This document shows positions 1 to 8,459 of a stretch of 23,096 bases of DNA, piece by piece. The stretch covers positions 1 to 23,096 of the forward strand of contig JBDKSP010000055.1 in assembly GCA_039680575.1 (NCBI GenBank), read 5' to 3'. How positions within the stretch are numbered: the stretch's first letter is position 1; each line of letters opens with the position of its first letter. The translations under genes and the position numbers were made by a program. The DNA is from Armatimonadota bacterium. GTDB taxonomy: Bacteria > Armatimonadota > UBA5829 > DTLH01. The notes below the pieces were generated by a model that did no database searches, was not told where the DNA came from, and saw only the letters and a list, made by a program, of their open reading frames with translations.

Positions 1-138
1 AGTGGACGGTATCTACAGGATATTCCAGAAAAAGAACGGCGGCATACTGCTGTTCTATTCGAGAAGTGCTACCGGGATAGCCATGGGTGGGTCTTCTACT
101 TAGATGGCCAAGTGAAGCGAATATGTAAATCACCGTGA
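1..138 (+). CDS. 3' end of a hypothetical protein (partial, runs off the window)
   Basis: Frame 1 is open from base 1 to TGA at 136-138 (…VLFEKCYRDSHGWVFYLDGQVKRICKSP*). The F-x-x-D-G-x-V-K ending loosely resembles the C-terminal 'DG' motif of DUF1559/prepilin-associated proteins. Confidence 0.45.
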   Translation, partial: SGRYLQDIPEKERRHTAVLFEKCYRDSHGWVFYLDGQVKRICKSP

Positions 139-219
139 TTGTGTTGATTATTTGGGATGATGATATGATTTTCACAAGGCTGAACTGTTACAGATACATT
201 CCAGCTTAATAAGGTACTA

Positions 220-2295
220 TTACTGCGTCTCATTTTTGTTTTGCAATTTCTTCAGAATCTCTTCTTCTCGCTTTTGGGAATAGATAGGGAAACTCAGGTT
301 CGGTCCGGCTATTTCCAGGCTTACTCCTGGTCCTTCAATCGACATTCTATATCGGTGTTTGCTGATTCCGTTCTCAGCATTATCCCAATGAGTATTCCCT
401 GCTTCATTCTTAGTCTCGTTGGCACTAACCAAAGGTTTTGGATTGATCTGCTGTATGCGTAAGGTTAATGTACTGATGACCGCTGGATCCGTGGGTATAG
501 TGAATGCATCTTTGGTAATCCCGGGAAACGCTTCCTTCAGTTCGGTTACTAACTGATCCAGATCGATTCCCGCGCCCTGTACACCGGACTCAGCAATCTC
601 CGGATATGTTTGCAGAAGCCATTCCCGGAGACACTCCTGCATTTCCGGCTTATCTTTAACATCACAGAGTATTTCCCGCAATGGATTATTTGATCGCCTA
701 ACGGCTTTTCTCTCACCATCGGCGCTTTCCTTGAAGATGCTGGTAAGATACCAAGGGTCAAAGTCTGCCAGTGGTAAACCACTCATTGAATTCGCCCGGT
801 TCTTGTCATAGTCGGAAAGTGAGTTATAAAGCTTCCAGAACGGTTCTTTGTCCGCCATCAAATACCAGGCTAACATCTTCAGTTCTCGATTGTCCTGAAT
901 CCAGTCGGAATATTGTCCCGATGTAAGCTGCTCTTTGATTGCAACGGCATCGTCGAGTTCCACTCCTTCAGTATTCAGCTTGTATAAAAGATATTCAATT
1001 AAGCTTTCTGCAACAAGACGGCCATGCCTGTCACACCAATACTTTGCCATACCGACCAGCATTTTGCTGTCCTTATCTATCATCCAATCAGTATGTGAAC
1101 TCAAGTTTGATAGCACATAATCAAGAGAATACTTCCTATCGAAGATGTCGAAATCTTCCGCCCCCTGGCTTTGGTAACTGGCAAAATCCTCGCAGATTAT
1201 AGAGTATCCCGAAGTATCAGATACTGCCGCAACGCAGTCGGAGAAAATAATTTCCCGTTTGACATCGGGCTTTTTTATCTTGATACTCTTTTTCAGCTCT
1301 ACACCCGTCTTGCGTGCGTCTTCAAGACAAATCATACTTTTTGCACAATCGTAATTAGGCATCTGCGGAAGCTGAGGTGGTTTTGGACAGTTCGGGATTA
1401 TTCTGCTCAGGTCATCAAGAGGAATACCAATCGCAAGCGTATTGGTAAAAATCCCGGTCGAAGTTCCCAGGACTTTAGAAATAGACTTGTATTCGCCCTC
1501 AGTTGCAGAAAAAGTGAGCTTGACGTTCTGAAGGTCCGATTCCGAGACCGGTTTCGGTTCAAAGCTAGTCATACCTGCTTGTGATTTCTGGTCTTTATCC
1601 CATGCATCCCGGTAAAAGTTCCGCAGAGATGTGGCCAGTTTTGCAGGCAGGTCCTGTGCTTTTATCGTAATGCGCTCCCCTGCGAGAATCCGCTGCTTCG
1701 CATCAGAGGGTAAGGAAGCCATGATCCTGGCAAGATCCATTATCCGTGTGAAGTCAGATCCGCTTTTTTTCTTGAACTCAGATGGGTCCACTTTAATATC
1801 GCAATCCGACATCGAACCCAGCATTACCAAGGTGTCCCATTCATAGTTGGTCCTGGTATCTTGATACCCATCACGTTTGAGCAGGTAATCGGTGATTGCC
1901 TTTTCGCGTACGGGTCCCCGTAATATTCTATACCGCCTGACACCTTCGATTTTTGATGATGTGAATTGCAGATGGCAGCAATCGGCAATTCCGCGGAGCA
2001 ACTTTTCCAGAGGCAAATCCTTTACGCATACGACAATTGGCAGGTCTCGCACCTTCCAATCGTCTTTACTGCTTCCGCAGTTGACTATAACGCCAGCCTG
2101 TGCACTGATTTCTTCCAATACCGTGTGCAGTCGCTTTCCAGTAGCTGTGTAAGTTATGCATTTTGCAAGTCGTTCATCTAGCAGTTCGTTTGTAGAAGGA
2201 GCTGTCTTTTGTGTGTTGGCATCTACGGAGATTTCAGCTGCCCACATGACACAAGGAAGCAGAATGATGACAACAGCAAGGATGATTGCCTTCAT
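220..2295 (-). CDS. Secreted hypothetical protein, 691 aa, with possible N-terminal STN/secretin-N-like modules
   Basis: Long ORF with a signal peptide (MKAIILAVVIILLPCVMWA) and a GAGGG RBS. 'ITYTATGKRLHTVLEEISAQAGVIV' and 'VKDLPLEKLLRGIAD' resemble STN-type motifs. Confidence 0.75.
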   Translation of the reverse strand: MKAIILAVVIILLPCVMWAAEISVDANTQKTAPSTNELLDERLAKCITYTATGKRLHTVLEEISAQAGVIVNCGSSKDDWKVRDLPIVVCVKDLPLEKLLRGIADCCHLQFTSSKIEGVRRYRILRGPVREKAITDYLLKRDGYQDTRTNYEWDTLVMLGSMSDCDIKVDPSEFKKKSGSDFTRIMDLARIMASLPSDAKQRILAGERITIKAQDLPAKLATSLRNFYRDAWDKDQKSQAGMTSFEPKPVSESDLQNVKLTFSATEGEYKSISKVLGTSTGIFTNTLAIGIPLDDLSRIIPNCPKPPQLPQMPNYDCAKSMICLEDARKTGVELKKSIKIKKPDVKREIIFSDCVAAVSDTSGYSIICEDFASYQSQGAEDFDIFDRKYSLDYVLSNLSSHTDWMIDKDSKMLVGMAKYWCDRHGRLVAESLIEYLLYKLNTEGVELDDAVAIKEQLTSGQYSDWIQDNRELKMLAWYLMADKEPFWKLYNSLSDYDKNRANSMSGLPLADFDPWYLTSIFKESADGERKAVRRSNNPLREILCDVKDKPEMQECLREWLLQTYPEIAESGVQGAGIDLDQLVTELKEAFPGITKDAFTIPTDPAVISTLTLRIQQINPKPLVSANETKNEAGNTHWDNAENGISKHRYRMSIEGPGVSLEIAGPNLSFPIYSQKREEEILKKLQNKNETQ

Positions 2296-2345
2296 TGTAA
2301 TATACCCTCATTCCCTAAGCAGTCACCGGATCCTGCAGATCCGAT

Positions 2346-2443
2346 GACCTCCCCATGGTCCAGTGAGTCCACGGGGTAGATGACCGCCACGGAGGACGGC
2401 CACTACATTTTATGCTTCGGGGCTGTTGTTCGTCCCGAAGCAC
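2346..2443 (-). repeat. Composite REP-like palindromic element, copy A
   Basis: 2346-2407 matches the reverse complement of 9922-9985 (4 substitutions, 2 single-base gaps). It is followed by a TGCTTCGGG…CCCGAAGCA hairpin at 2413-2442, which also occurs next to copy B. Confidence 0.85.
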
Positions 2444-2508
2444 ACTTTCCACAATCTATTTTTTCGGGACACCTTGTACCGAAACCCTAATCTCTTTTGC
2501 AACCTAAC

Positions 2509-3600
2509 CTACAGCTTTGACGCTGCGAGTTTACGCTTCGCGGCTTTTCTGGTTGTATCTATCTGCTCGTCGGTCACGGCTCTCTCGAAGCTCCTGAACC
2601 CGGCCAGCTCGAACCCGTGTTTCGCGCCTATCGCTGAGATCTCTTCCACCTGCCGGACGCTTACTTCTTTGCCGAGCGTAAAGCTCTCGTAACAGCCGTC
2701 TAGGGCCAGCATCATCGTCTCGGACATGCAGGCATACGCAGTCTTCGGCGGAAATCCGAAGTTGAACCGGAAATCCACATCACCGGGAACCGCGATTACA
2801 CCGCCTTCGATCACCAGAACATCATCGCGTTCCTCTATGACCCGCTTGGAAACATCTCTGGGGCGCGCGACATCGCAGACAACAGCTCCCGGCTTGATAT
2901 GCTGAGGATGTATTATCGCATCGACCGCGCTCGACACGGCTATCACTATATCCGCGTCGCGTATTCCTTTCTCCACGTCAGTCGAGACGATTATCTCCGC
3001 TTTGCTTTTTGGCCGAAGCTCCTCAGCCATGTTCTGAAGAGGGGATTCCGAACGCCCGACGAGGGACAGGCTCGCGGTCCTGCGCGACATTATCTCCGCG
3101 CATGTTCGACCGATAGCCCCGGCGGCTCCAACTACCGCGACCGATGCCTTATCCGGGTCGATATCCATTAAGGCAGCGGCTTTGAGCGCGCCCTCTATTG
3201 CTGTCGCAATGGTATAGCTGTTTCCGGTCGTGACGGCAATATCGACATTCTCTGCTATAGTCTTTCCACCGTCTCCAACAACCGATGTAAACGCGCCGAG
3301 ACCCACAATCTTGGCGCCGAGTTCCTGCGCGATCTTTGCCGCACCGATAATCCTGCTGTAGACAAAATCCACCGGTAGTTCCAGCATCTGCTTCGGCGTA
3401 AGCGGACAACCGACCAGCCACCCTTCGGCCTCGACCCCGGTCTTCGAGCGAATTCCGGTTATATGAGAGACCTCCATGGGCTTTTTCCTGGCCATCCCCC
3501 ATTCGATCCAACTCTCAGGGAGATACTTTGCAATCGGGTATTTCCTTGCAACATCCCGCTTTGCATCGAGTGGATGAATGATAAATCCAAATTTTTCCAT
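2509..3600 (-). CDS. Acyl-ACP/acyl-CoA reductase-like NAD(P)H thioester reductase (COG5322; often annotated 'shikimate dehydrogenase')
   Basis: Motifs FGFIIHP, GLGAFTSVV, TTGNSYT, Rossmann VAVVGAAGAIG, EGGVI, YACMSETMMLAL and KHGF parallel cyanobacterial AAR (FGLIGH, LGGFTSII, TTGNTHT, VVGATGDIG, FACFAEAMLL, RHGF). Confidence 0.8.
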   Translation of the reverse strand: MEKFGFIIHPLDAKRDVARKYPIAKYLPESWIEWGMARKKPMEVSHITGIRSKTGVEAEGWLVGCPLTPKQMLELPVDFVYSRIIGAAKIAQELGAKIVGLGAFTSVVGDGGKTIAENVDIAVTTGNSYTIATAIEGALKAAALMDIDPDKASVAVVGAAGAIGRTCAEIMSRRTASLSLVGRSESPLQNMAEELRPKSKAEIIVSTDVEKGIRDADIVIAVSSAVDAIIHPQHIKPGAVVCDVARPRDVSKRVIEERDDVLVIEGGVIAVPGDVDFRFNFGFPPKTAYACMSETMMLALDGCYESFTLGKEVSVRQVEEISAIGAKHGFELAGFRSFERAVTDEQIDTTRKAAKRKLAASKL

Positions 3601-3603
3601 TTA

Positions 3604-4518
3604 TTATCCCAGTTTCCTGACTGTCGGTTTCCAGTCGAGCTTTTTCAACATATCGAGGTAATCGGCTGGCGTCATATCTTCCGGACGATTGCCCGACAAT
3701 GCGATAATTATGCCTTCGACCACATTCGTCGCAAACGTGCGGCCGTCGAACTCCTTCGTCGATGTGACGAGGGTATCGACTCCCCGTTCTTTCAGGTCCT
3801 CGACATCGCCCGATGTCAGAGTATTTGTAATAACAGTCTTTCCCTTTAGTGCGCCGGACTCCGGCGGGGGCATATAACGGCCTATCAGCTTATAATCACC
3901 GGCTATAATATCCGCCCATTTGAAATATTTCTCGTATTTCGGCGTTATCTTGTCCTGTTTTTCGCCGGTGGGGTAAAGCCATTTAAACGGCAGCCGGACG
4001 ATGAGCGGCAGGAAGATCGTGCCCAGAAGTTTGAGTCCTGCCCAGCTCTTTATCGGGACCGGTATGCCGACAGCAAACATAAGGTCACCGAATATGACCT
4101 TTTTTGCAAGCTTTCCTATTACCTCTCCCATGCCGAAACGGTCCACTGCTGAGACTACAAGAACATTTTTTGTGGAAAAGTCGATTATGCCCTCACGCTG
4201 GAGCCATTCCATCGTCTCGCGCTCAAGCGTGTTTTTGATCCCGCTTCCGTCAACCACAGGAGTCTTTACGGCGTATCTCGCAAGGCGTTCGGCATCTCTT
4301 ACGACATATTTTCTATTGTCAGCGACCAGGTACCTGTCTATACCGCCCAGCCCGATTGCATCGACATTTCCATCATACTCCCGCATCAACTCCGCAAAAT
4401 GTTTCATATCGCCATTTGTTCCCACACGGGAAATCTCAATTTCTTCTCCGAGAAGGTTGGCGGTTACTTTTTTATCCCCCCGGGACGAACCCAGGCTCAC
4501 ACTGACAACTCGCTTCAT
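3604..4518 (-). CDS. Conserved protein of the family auto-annotated 'quinate 5-dehydrogenase' (function unverified)
   Basis: N-terminus MKRVVSVSLGSSRGD and motifs DAIGLGGID, TPVVDGSGIKNTLER, GDLMFAVG, GRTFATNVVE. Its stop is 3 bp from the start of the AAR-like gene. Confidence 0.7.
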   Translation of the reverse strand: MKRVVSVSLGSSRGDKKVTANLLGEEIEISRVGTNGDMKHFAELMREYDGNVDAIGLGGIDRYLVADNRKYVVRDAERLARYAVKTPVVDGSGIKNTLERETMEWLQREGIIDFSTKNVLVVSAVDRFGMGEVIGKLAKKVIFGDLMFAVGIPVPIKSWAGLKLLGTIFLPLIVRLPFKWLYPTGEKQDKITPKYEKYFKWADIIAGDYKLIGRYMPPPESGALKGKTVITNTLTSGDVEDLKERGVDTLVTSTKEFDGRTFATNVVEGIIIALSGNRPEDMTPADYLDMLKKLDWKPTVRKLG

Positions 4519-5497
4519 CTAGTACTTCTTCTATTTCTTCCAAATTTTTTGTGGTCATGATCCTGGCTCGAATCTTTGCCGAGCCGGGCGTTCCTTTAAT
4601 ATAGAGAGCTATGTGCCCGCGCATCTCCTGGCTGCCGCGATGCTCGCCGACAGCGTTGACCAGAAGCCTCGCATGTCTTCTGGATGCATCGATCCGGGCA
4701 AGATAACCCGCATCAGGAGGCACAACTCCCTTTATTAGATACGTATATGCTCTCGAAAAAAGCCATGGGTTTCCGACAGCCGCCCTGGCTATCATAACAC
4801 CATCACAGCCGGTCTCGTCAAACATCCGCCGGACGTCTTCCGGCGCCTTGATGTCGCCATTCCCGATGACAGGGATCGAAACGGACTCCTTTACCCTTCT
4901 TATGATGCCCCAGTCGGCACTTCCGGTGAATTTTTGAACGGCGGTCCGGCCATGTACCGTGATCCCTGCTCCGCCATTGGCCTCGACCATTTTGGCGATC
5001 GTCACAGCCGTTTCGGTGTTCTCATCCCAACCGCTGCGGGTCTTCACCATAACGGGAATATCTACCGCTTTTATGGTGGACGAGATCATCTCCTCAGCCT
5101 TCTTCAAATCCTTGAGAAGCGCGGAACCTGAGCCGGATCTGACTACTTTGGGCGCAGGACAGCCCATATTGATCTCGATGATGTCCGCTCCAGCCTCGGC
5201 GAGCATCTGCGCGCCTTCCGCCACGACCTCCGGGATCGAGCCGAAGACCTGAGCCGATACGGGACGCTCCTCATCAGTCCAATCGAGCATCTTCCTCGTT
5301 CTCTTGTGGCCGAACTTCAAGGCATGCCCGCTGATCATCTCGGTCGTGACCATCCCGCAGCTCCCAGCCTCCTTGCACATCGCCCTGAATGCATGGTTGG
5401 TGATCCCTGCCATCGGTGCGAGGATGATCGGAGGATCTATCACGACGCCGCCTATGACAAGCGCCGCCGGTACTTCGCTGAGTCTTGCAGCTTCCAC
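4472..5497 (-). CDS. dusB: tRNA-dihydrouridine synthase B
   Basis: LAPMAGIT, TTEMIS, INMGCPAPKV (catalytic Cys), GSGSALL, VHGRT, IGNGDI, DGVMIARAAVGNPW. Overlaps the next gene by 47 bp. Confidence 0.93.
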   Translation of the reverse strand: MEAARLSEVPAALVIGGVVIDPPIILAPMAGITNHAFRAMCKEAGSCGMVTTEMISGHALKFGHKRTRKMLDWTDEERPVSAQVFGSIPEVVAEGAQMLAEAGADIIEINMGCPAPKVVRSGSGSALLKDLKKAEEMISSTIKAVDIPVMVKTRSGWDENTETAVTIAKMVEANGGAGITVHGRTAVQKFTGSADWGIIRRVKESVSIPVIGNGDIKAPEDVRRMFDETGCDGVMIARAAVGNPWLFSRAYTYLIKGVVPPDAGYLARIDASRRHARLLVNAVGEHRGSQEMRGHIALYIKGTPGSAKIRARIMTTKNLEEIEEVLDEASCQCEPGFVPGG

Positions 5498-5502
5498 TTA
5501 AA

Positions 5503-6279
5503 TCAGCCTCGCGATCTCCGTTCGTAGATCAACCTGAGACCGTTCAGCGTGAGAAGCGGGTCAACACCCTCTATGGTCCTGCTTTCGGAGGCGATCAATG
5601 CGGCAAGCCCACCTGTTGCGATAACACGGGCATTTTTTCCGACCTCTTCGCGCAGCTTTTCCACAATACCGTCCACCTGACCAGCGAAACCGTAGATGAC
5701 GCCCGACTGCAGGCTTTCTATCGTGCTCTTTCCAATAACTGAGGGCGGCTTGACGTACATGACACGCCTGAGCTGCGCGGCTTTGGTCACAAGAGCTTCG
5801 AGTGAGGTCTCAATTCCGGGGGCTATGGCTCCTCCGAGATATGCTCCGTCTGCTCCAACGACATCGAAGGTGGTCGCAGTCCCGAAATCGACTACTATTA
5901 CCGGCTCTCCGTACAGCGCGTGAGCGGCGACGGCGTTGGCTAATCTGTCCGCACCGACATCCGACCTGGGATTGTAGTGAACATCCACACCGGCATTGTC
6001 TGCGTTAAGCACTAATGGGTCGCTGATGCCAAACAGCTTTGCGGCAAGCCTTACAAGGGGAAAAACTGTGGCTGGTACTACGCTGGATACGATGACACCG
6101 TCGATCATGTCGGGTTTCAGGTTGTCATGCTCCATAAGCTCCGAGACAAGCACTAGATACTCATCTTCAGTCCGCCGGGCGACCGTGCCGATACGCCAAT
6201 CCGCCTCTATATTCTCACCATCGAAGACGGCAAACGTCGTATTTGTATTTCCAACATCGATTGCTAGTAACATAGGCAT
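5503..6279 (-). CDS. coaX: Type III pantothenate kinase
   Basis: LLAIDVGNTNT, SSVVP, VGADR, VVDFGTATTFD, YLGGAIAPG, VIATGG. The start may instead be the ATG at 6273. Confidence 0.95.
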   Translation of the reverse strand: MPMLLAIDVGNTNTTFAVFDGENIEADWRIGTVARRTEDEYLVLVSELMEHDNLKPDMIDGVIVSSVVPATVFPLVRLAAKLFGISDPLVLNADNAGVDVHYNPRSDVGADRLANAVAAHALYGEPVIVVDFGTATTFDVVGADGAYLGGAIAPGIETSLEALVTKAAQLRRVMYVKPPSVIGKSTIESLQSGVIYGFAGQVDGIVEKLREEVGKNARVIATGGLAALIASESRTIEGVDPLLTLNGLRLIYERRSRG

Positions 6280-6282
6280 ACC

Positions 6283-6321
6283 AAAAGGGAGCAGCCTGAT
6301 TAATTAATGCAGTCTGCTCCC
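6283..6321 (-). terminator. Terminator-like hairpin between the CAP gene and coaX
   Basis: GGGAGCAG-A-CTG…CAG-G-CTGCTCCC followed by TTTT on the minus strand. Confidence 0.6.
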
Positions 6322-6330
6322 ATTGAACAT

Positions 6331-6359
6331 ATTCTAACAGCTTTTTTTACCAGCGTCAA
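6331..6359 (-). promoter_or_regulatory. Sigma70-type promoter for the coaX operon
   Basis: TTGACG-17 bp-TAGAAT with a TG extended -10. The -35 box overlaps the CAP gene stop codon. Confidence 0.65.
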
Positions 6360-6937
6360 TCGACTATTGCGAGAAACATCTCCGTAACCCAGAACTGGCC
6401 ATCCTTATCTTTGTAAACCCCGACACCCATCCGCTCAAACCGTGGATTGAGGATGTTATCGCGGTGCGATTTGCTTTCCATAAGGCAGGTGTGCCCCCTG
6501 TTCACATCCACGATGGAACAGTAAAACAGGTTCTCCCCAACGAGAGCCCATGTCGGCCGCCGTTTTACCACAGCAAGATACCTGTCTACAGCCGTCCTGA
6601 GACCGGGTGTGGGAGATATATGGTCGAAATAGTTCTTTTCAGCCATCTCTTTGCTGTGCTCTCTTGCAACTTCCACAAGCTGAGGATCGAACTTCAGCGC
6701 GTTCATGCCTCGGAGAAGCCGCTCAGAATTGGTGAGGTCGATAAACCGCTGTTCTTCTTCGGTCAACTGCACATCAGACGACTGCTGCTGCACGCCAGGC
6801 AATTGCTGCATCATAGACGACTGCTGCACGGATGACTGAACCTTTACTGCCTGATGCACCGGCTCCTTCGCCACAGCAGTGGACGAGAAGTTGGAGCCCA
6901 TCATAAGTATGGCTAGATATATTGTTAAACTAGACAT
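6356..6937 (-). CDS. Secreted CAP/SCP (YkwD-like) domain protein
   Basis: TNSER, LVEVAREHSKEMAEKNYFDHISP, GENL, LMESKSHRDNIL, GVGV, FWVTEMF. Start placed at ATG 6937 (RBS GGGAGGGG, signal peptide) because the 7063 start lies inside the predicted promoter. Confidence 0.85.
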   Translation of the reverse strand: MSSLTIYLAILMMGSNFSSTAVAKEPVHQAVKVQSSVQQSSMMQQLPGVQQQSSDVQLTEEEQRFIDLTNSERLLRGMNALKFDPQLVEVAREHSKEMAEKNYFDHISPTPGLRTAVDRYLAVVKRRPTWALVGENLFYCSIVDVNRGHTCLMESKSHRDNILNPRFERMGVGVYKDKDGQFWVTEMFLAIVD

Positions 6938-7062
6938 GGATCGTCCCCTCCCTGACAAGGGATTTCTTCCATATCTCTCGCGTGTGGACATATAGCTAAA
7001 TTCTCCTTGCATGCCTGCAGAGAGACGACTTTGTCTGACTTTGGGGACTACTGCTGAGCTCA

Positions 7063-7091
7063 ATTTTAGCTCATCTGGACGGTAATGTCAA
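7063..7091 (-). promoter_or_regulatory. Sigma70-type promoter for the CAP gene
   Basis: TTGACA-17 bp-TAAAAT on the minus strand. Confidence 0.65.
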
Positions 7092-7140
7092 CATTTGTCG
7101 ACAATTCCCTGTTAATAAACCGGTAGAAAAGCGGGGGGAC

Positions 7141-7157
7141 CTGGCACATCAAGTGCA
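7141..7157 (+). promoter_or_regulatory. Candidate sigma54 (-24/-12) promoter upstream of the M48 peptidase
   Basis: CTGGCACATCAAGTGCA versus consensus YTGGCACGnnnnTTGCW, with exact GG-N10-GC spacing (GG 7143-44, GC 7155-56). Confidence 0.55.
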
Positions 7158-7225
7158 ACTACTTTCTATAGACGAAGCGAAATATGCTATGTCAGAAATC
7201 CATTGCCAGGAGGGGGTATACAAGT

Positions 7226-8362
7226 ATGTCCAGGTCCATCATCTGCACGATAACGGTTGCTTTACTCATATCATTAGCCTGTGCCGCCTGGGCTTCGGGT
7301 CCCATCCCGAGCATTGGCGCGGAAGAGATAGCAATGGGCAAGGAAGCAGCATCAGAAACCGAGAAAAACTGCGTTCTGGTCAAAGATGCAGCGATGATAG
7401 CACGCGTACAGCGTATCGGTAGAGAACTCGCCGCTGCTGCGAACGCCAAAGAGGTCCCGGCTGGCTATGGATGCCCTACTCTCTCCAACTTCGATTACAG
7501 CTTCAAGGTAATCGATGGCGAAGACATCAACGCATTCTCCATCCCCGGTGGTCATATATATGTCTATAAAGGACTTATCGACTCCTGCGAAACCGACTAC
7601 GAACTAGCCGGTGTGCTGGCGCATGAAATAGCTCACGCCGCGCACCACCACATGGTTTACCTGCTCAAAGAGCAGTCCCGCATAGAGGGTAAAACAGCTA
7701 TCATCCTTGTCGCGAGCCTCCTTGGCGACATGCGCTCCAGGGATATGTCCAACGTGATGATGGGCGCTCAGTATTACAAAACCGGCAAAATCAGCGGTTT
7801 TGGCCAGAAGGCGGAACGCGACGCGGATCTGACAGCGATAGACTACCTTATCCAGGCCGGTTACAACCCGGTCGGGATGCTGACCTTCCTTGAACGGCTT
7901 GCGGACCACCCCGATCTCGTTAACTGGGGCATACTCCAGACCCACCCGCGTCCCTGGGAACGTGTAGAAGCGGTCAAATGCAACCTTGAAGCACGCGGCA
8001 TCGAGATCAACCGCCGGGCCGTCACGACATCCAATTCAGCCCGCGTATGCACACTCAGTGATGGCAATACAACGACTTATGATGTAGTAGTTGGTCAAAG
8101 ATTCATTTGCAAACTTAAGCAAGAGGCAAACGCTAAAGCTGCTGCCGAACGGATAAACGGCCTTCTTGACATAGGGCTGCAAATCCGAGAGATCAAAGTA
8201 TCTGAAAACGCGGTCATAGCTCACAATCAGGTGATAGTCGAGATAACAGACGAAGACGCCGCGCTCAACGGCAAGCCTGCGGCACAGGTCGCATCCGAAG
8301 CAAATGATGCGCTCAAGTGCATCCTGATGAAACAAATGATTGCTGATATCCATGTCAGATAA
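7226..8362 (+). CDS. Secreted M48 family zinc metallopeptidase (BepA/YfgC-like) with a C-terminal extension
   Basis: INAFSIPGGHIYVYKGL, ELAGVLAHEIAH (HExxH), ERDAD, THP. ATG 7226 follows an AGGAGGGGG RBS and begins a signal peptide. Confidence 0.88.
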   Translation: MSRSIICTITVALLISLACAAWASGPIPSIGAEEIAMGKEAASETEKNCVLVKDAAMIARVQRIGRELAAAANAKEVPAGYGCPTLSNFDYSFKVIDGEDINAFSIPGGHIYVYKGLIDSCETDYELAGVLAHEIAHAAHHHMVYLLKEQSRIEGKTAIILVASLLGDMRSRDMSNVMMGAQYYKTGKISGFGQKAERDADLTAIDYLIQAGYNPVGMLTFLERLADHPDLVNWGILQTHPRPWERVEAVKCNLEARGIEINRRAVTTSNSARVCTLSDGNTTTYDVVVGQRFICKLKQEANAKAAAERINGLLDIGLQIREIKVSENAVIAHNQVIVEITDEDAALNGKPAAQVASEANDALKCILMKQMIADIHVR

Positions 8363-8388
8363 ATATCGAGTCAATGGTGTCTTGATAT

Positions 8389-8434
8389 AAAAGAAACACG
8401 CCCGGCATTCGTTTCTCCGAAGCGCCGGGCGTGT
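8389..8434 (-). terminator. Intrinsic terminator between convergent genes
   Basis: 11-bp stem ACACGCCCGGC/GCCGGGCGTGT, followed by TTCTTTT on the minus strand. Confidence 0.75.
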
Positions 8435-8459
8435 AAATATGTCTTTGTATAGACTTTAA

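Noticed and set aside
4472..5497. dusB as an integration target of a dus-associated integrase
   Set aside because: dusB is intact inside its operon and lies about 16 kb from the integrase, which is next to a tRNA instead.
6938..7063. N-terminal extension of the CAP ORF from 7063
   Set aside because: The start codon overlaps the predicted -10 box, and a better RBS and signal peptide occur at 6937.
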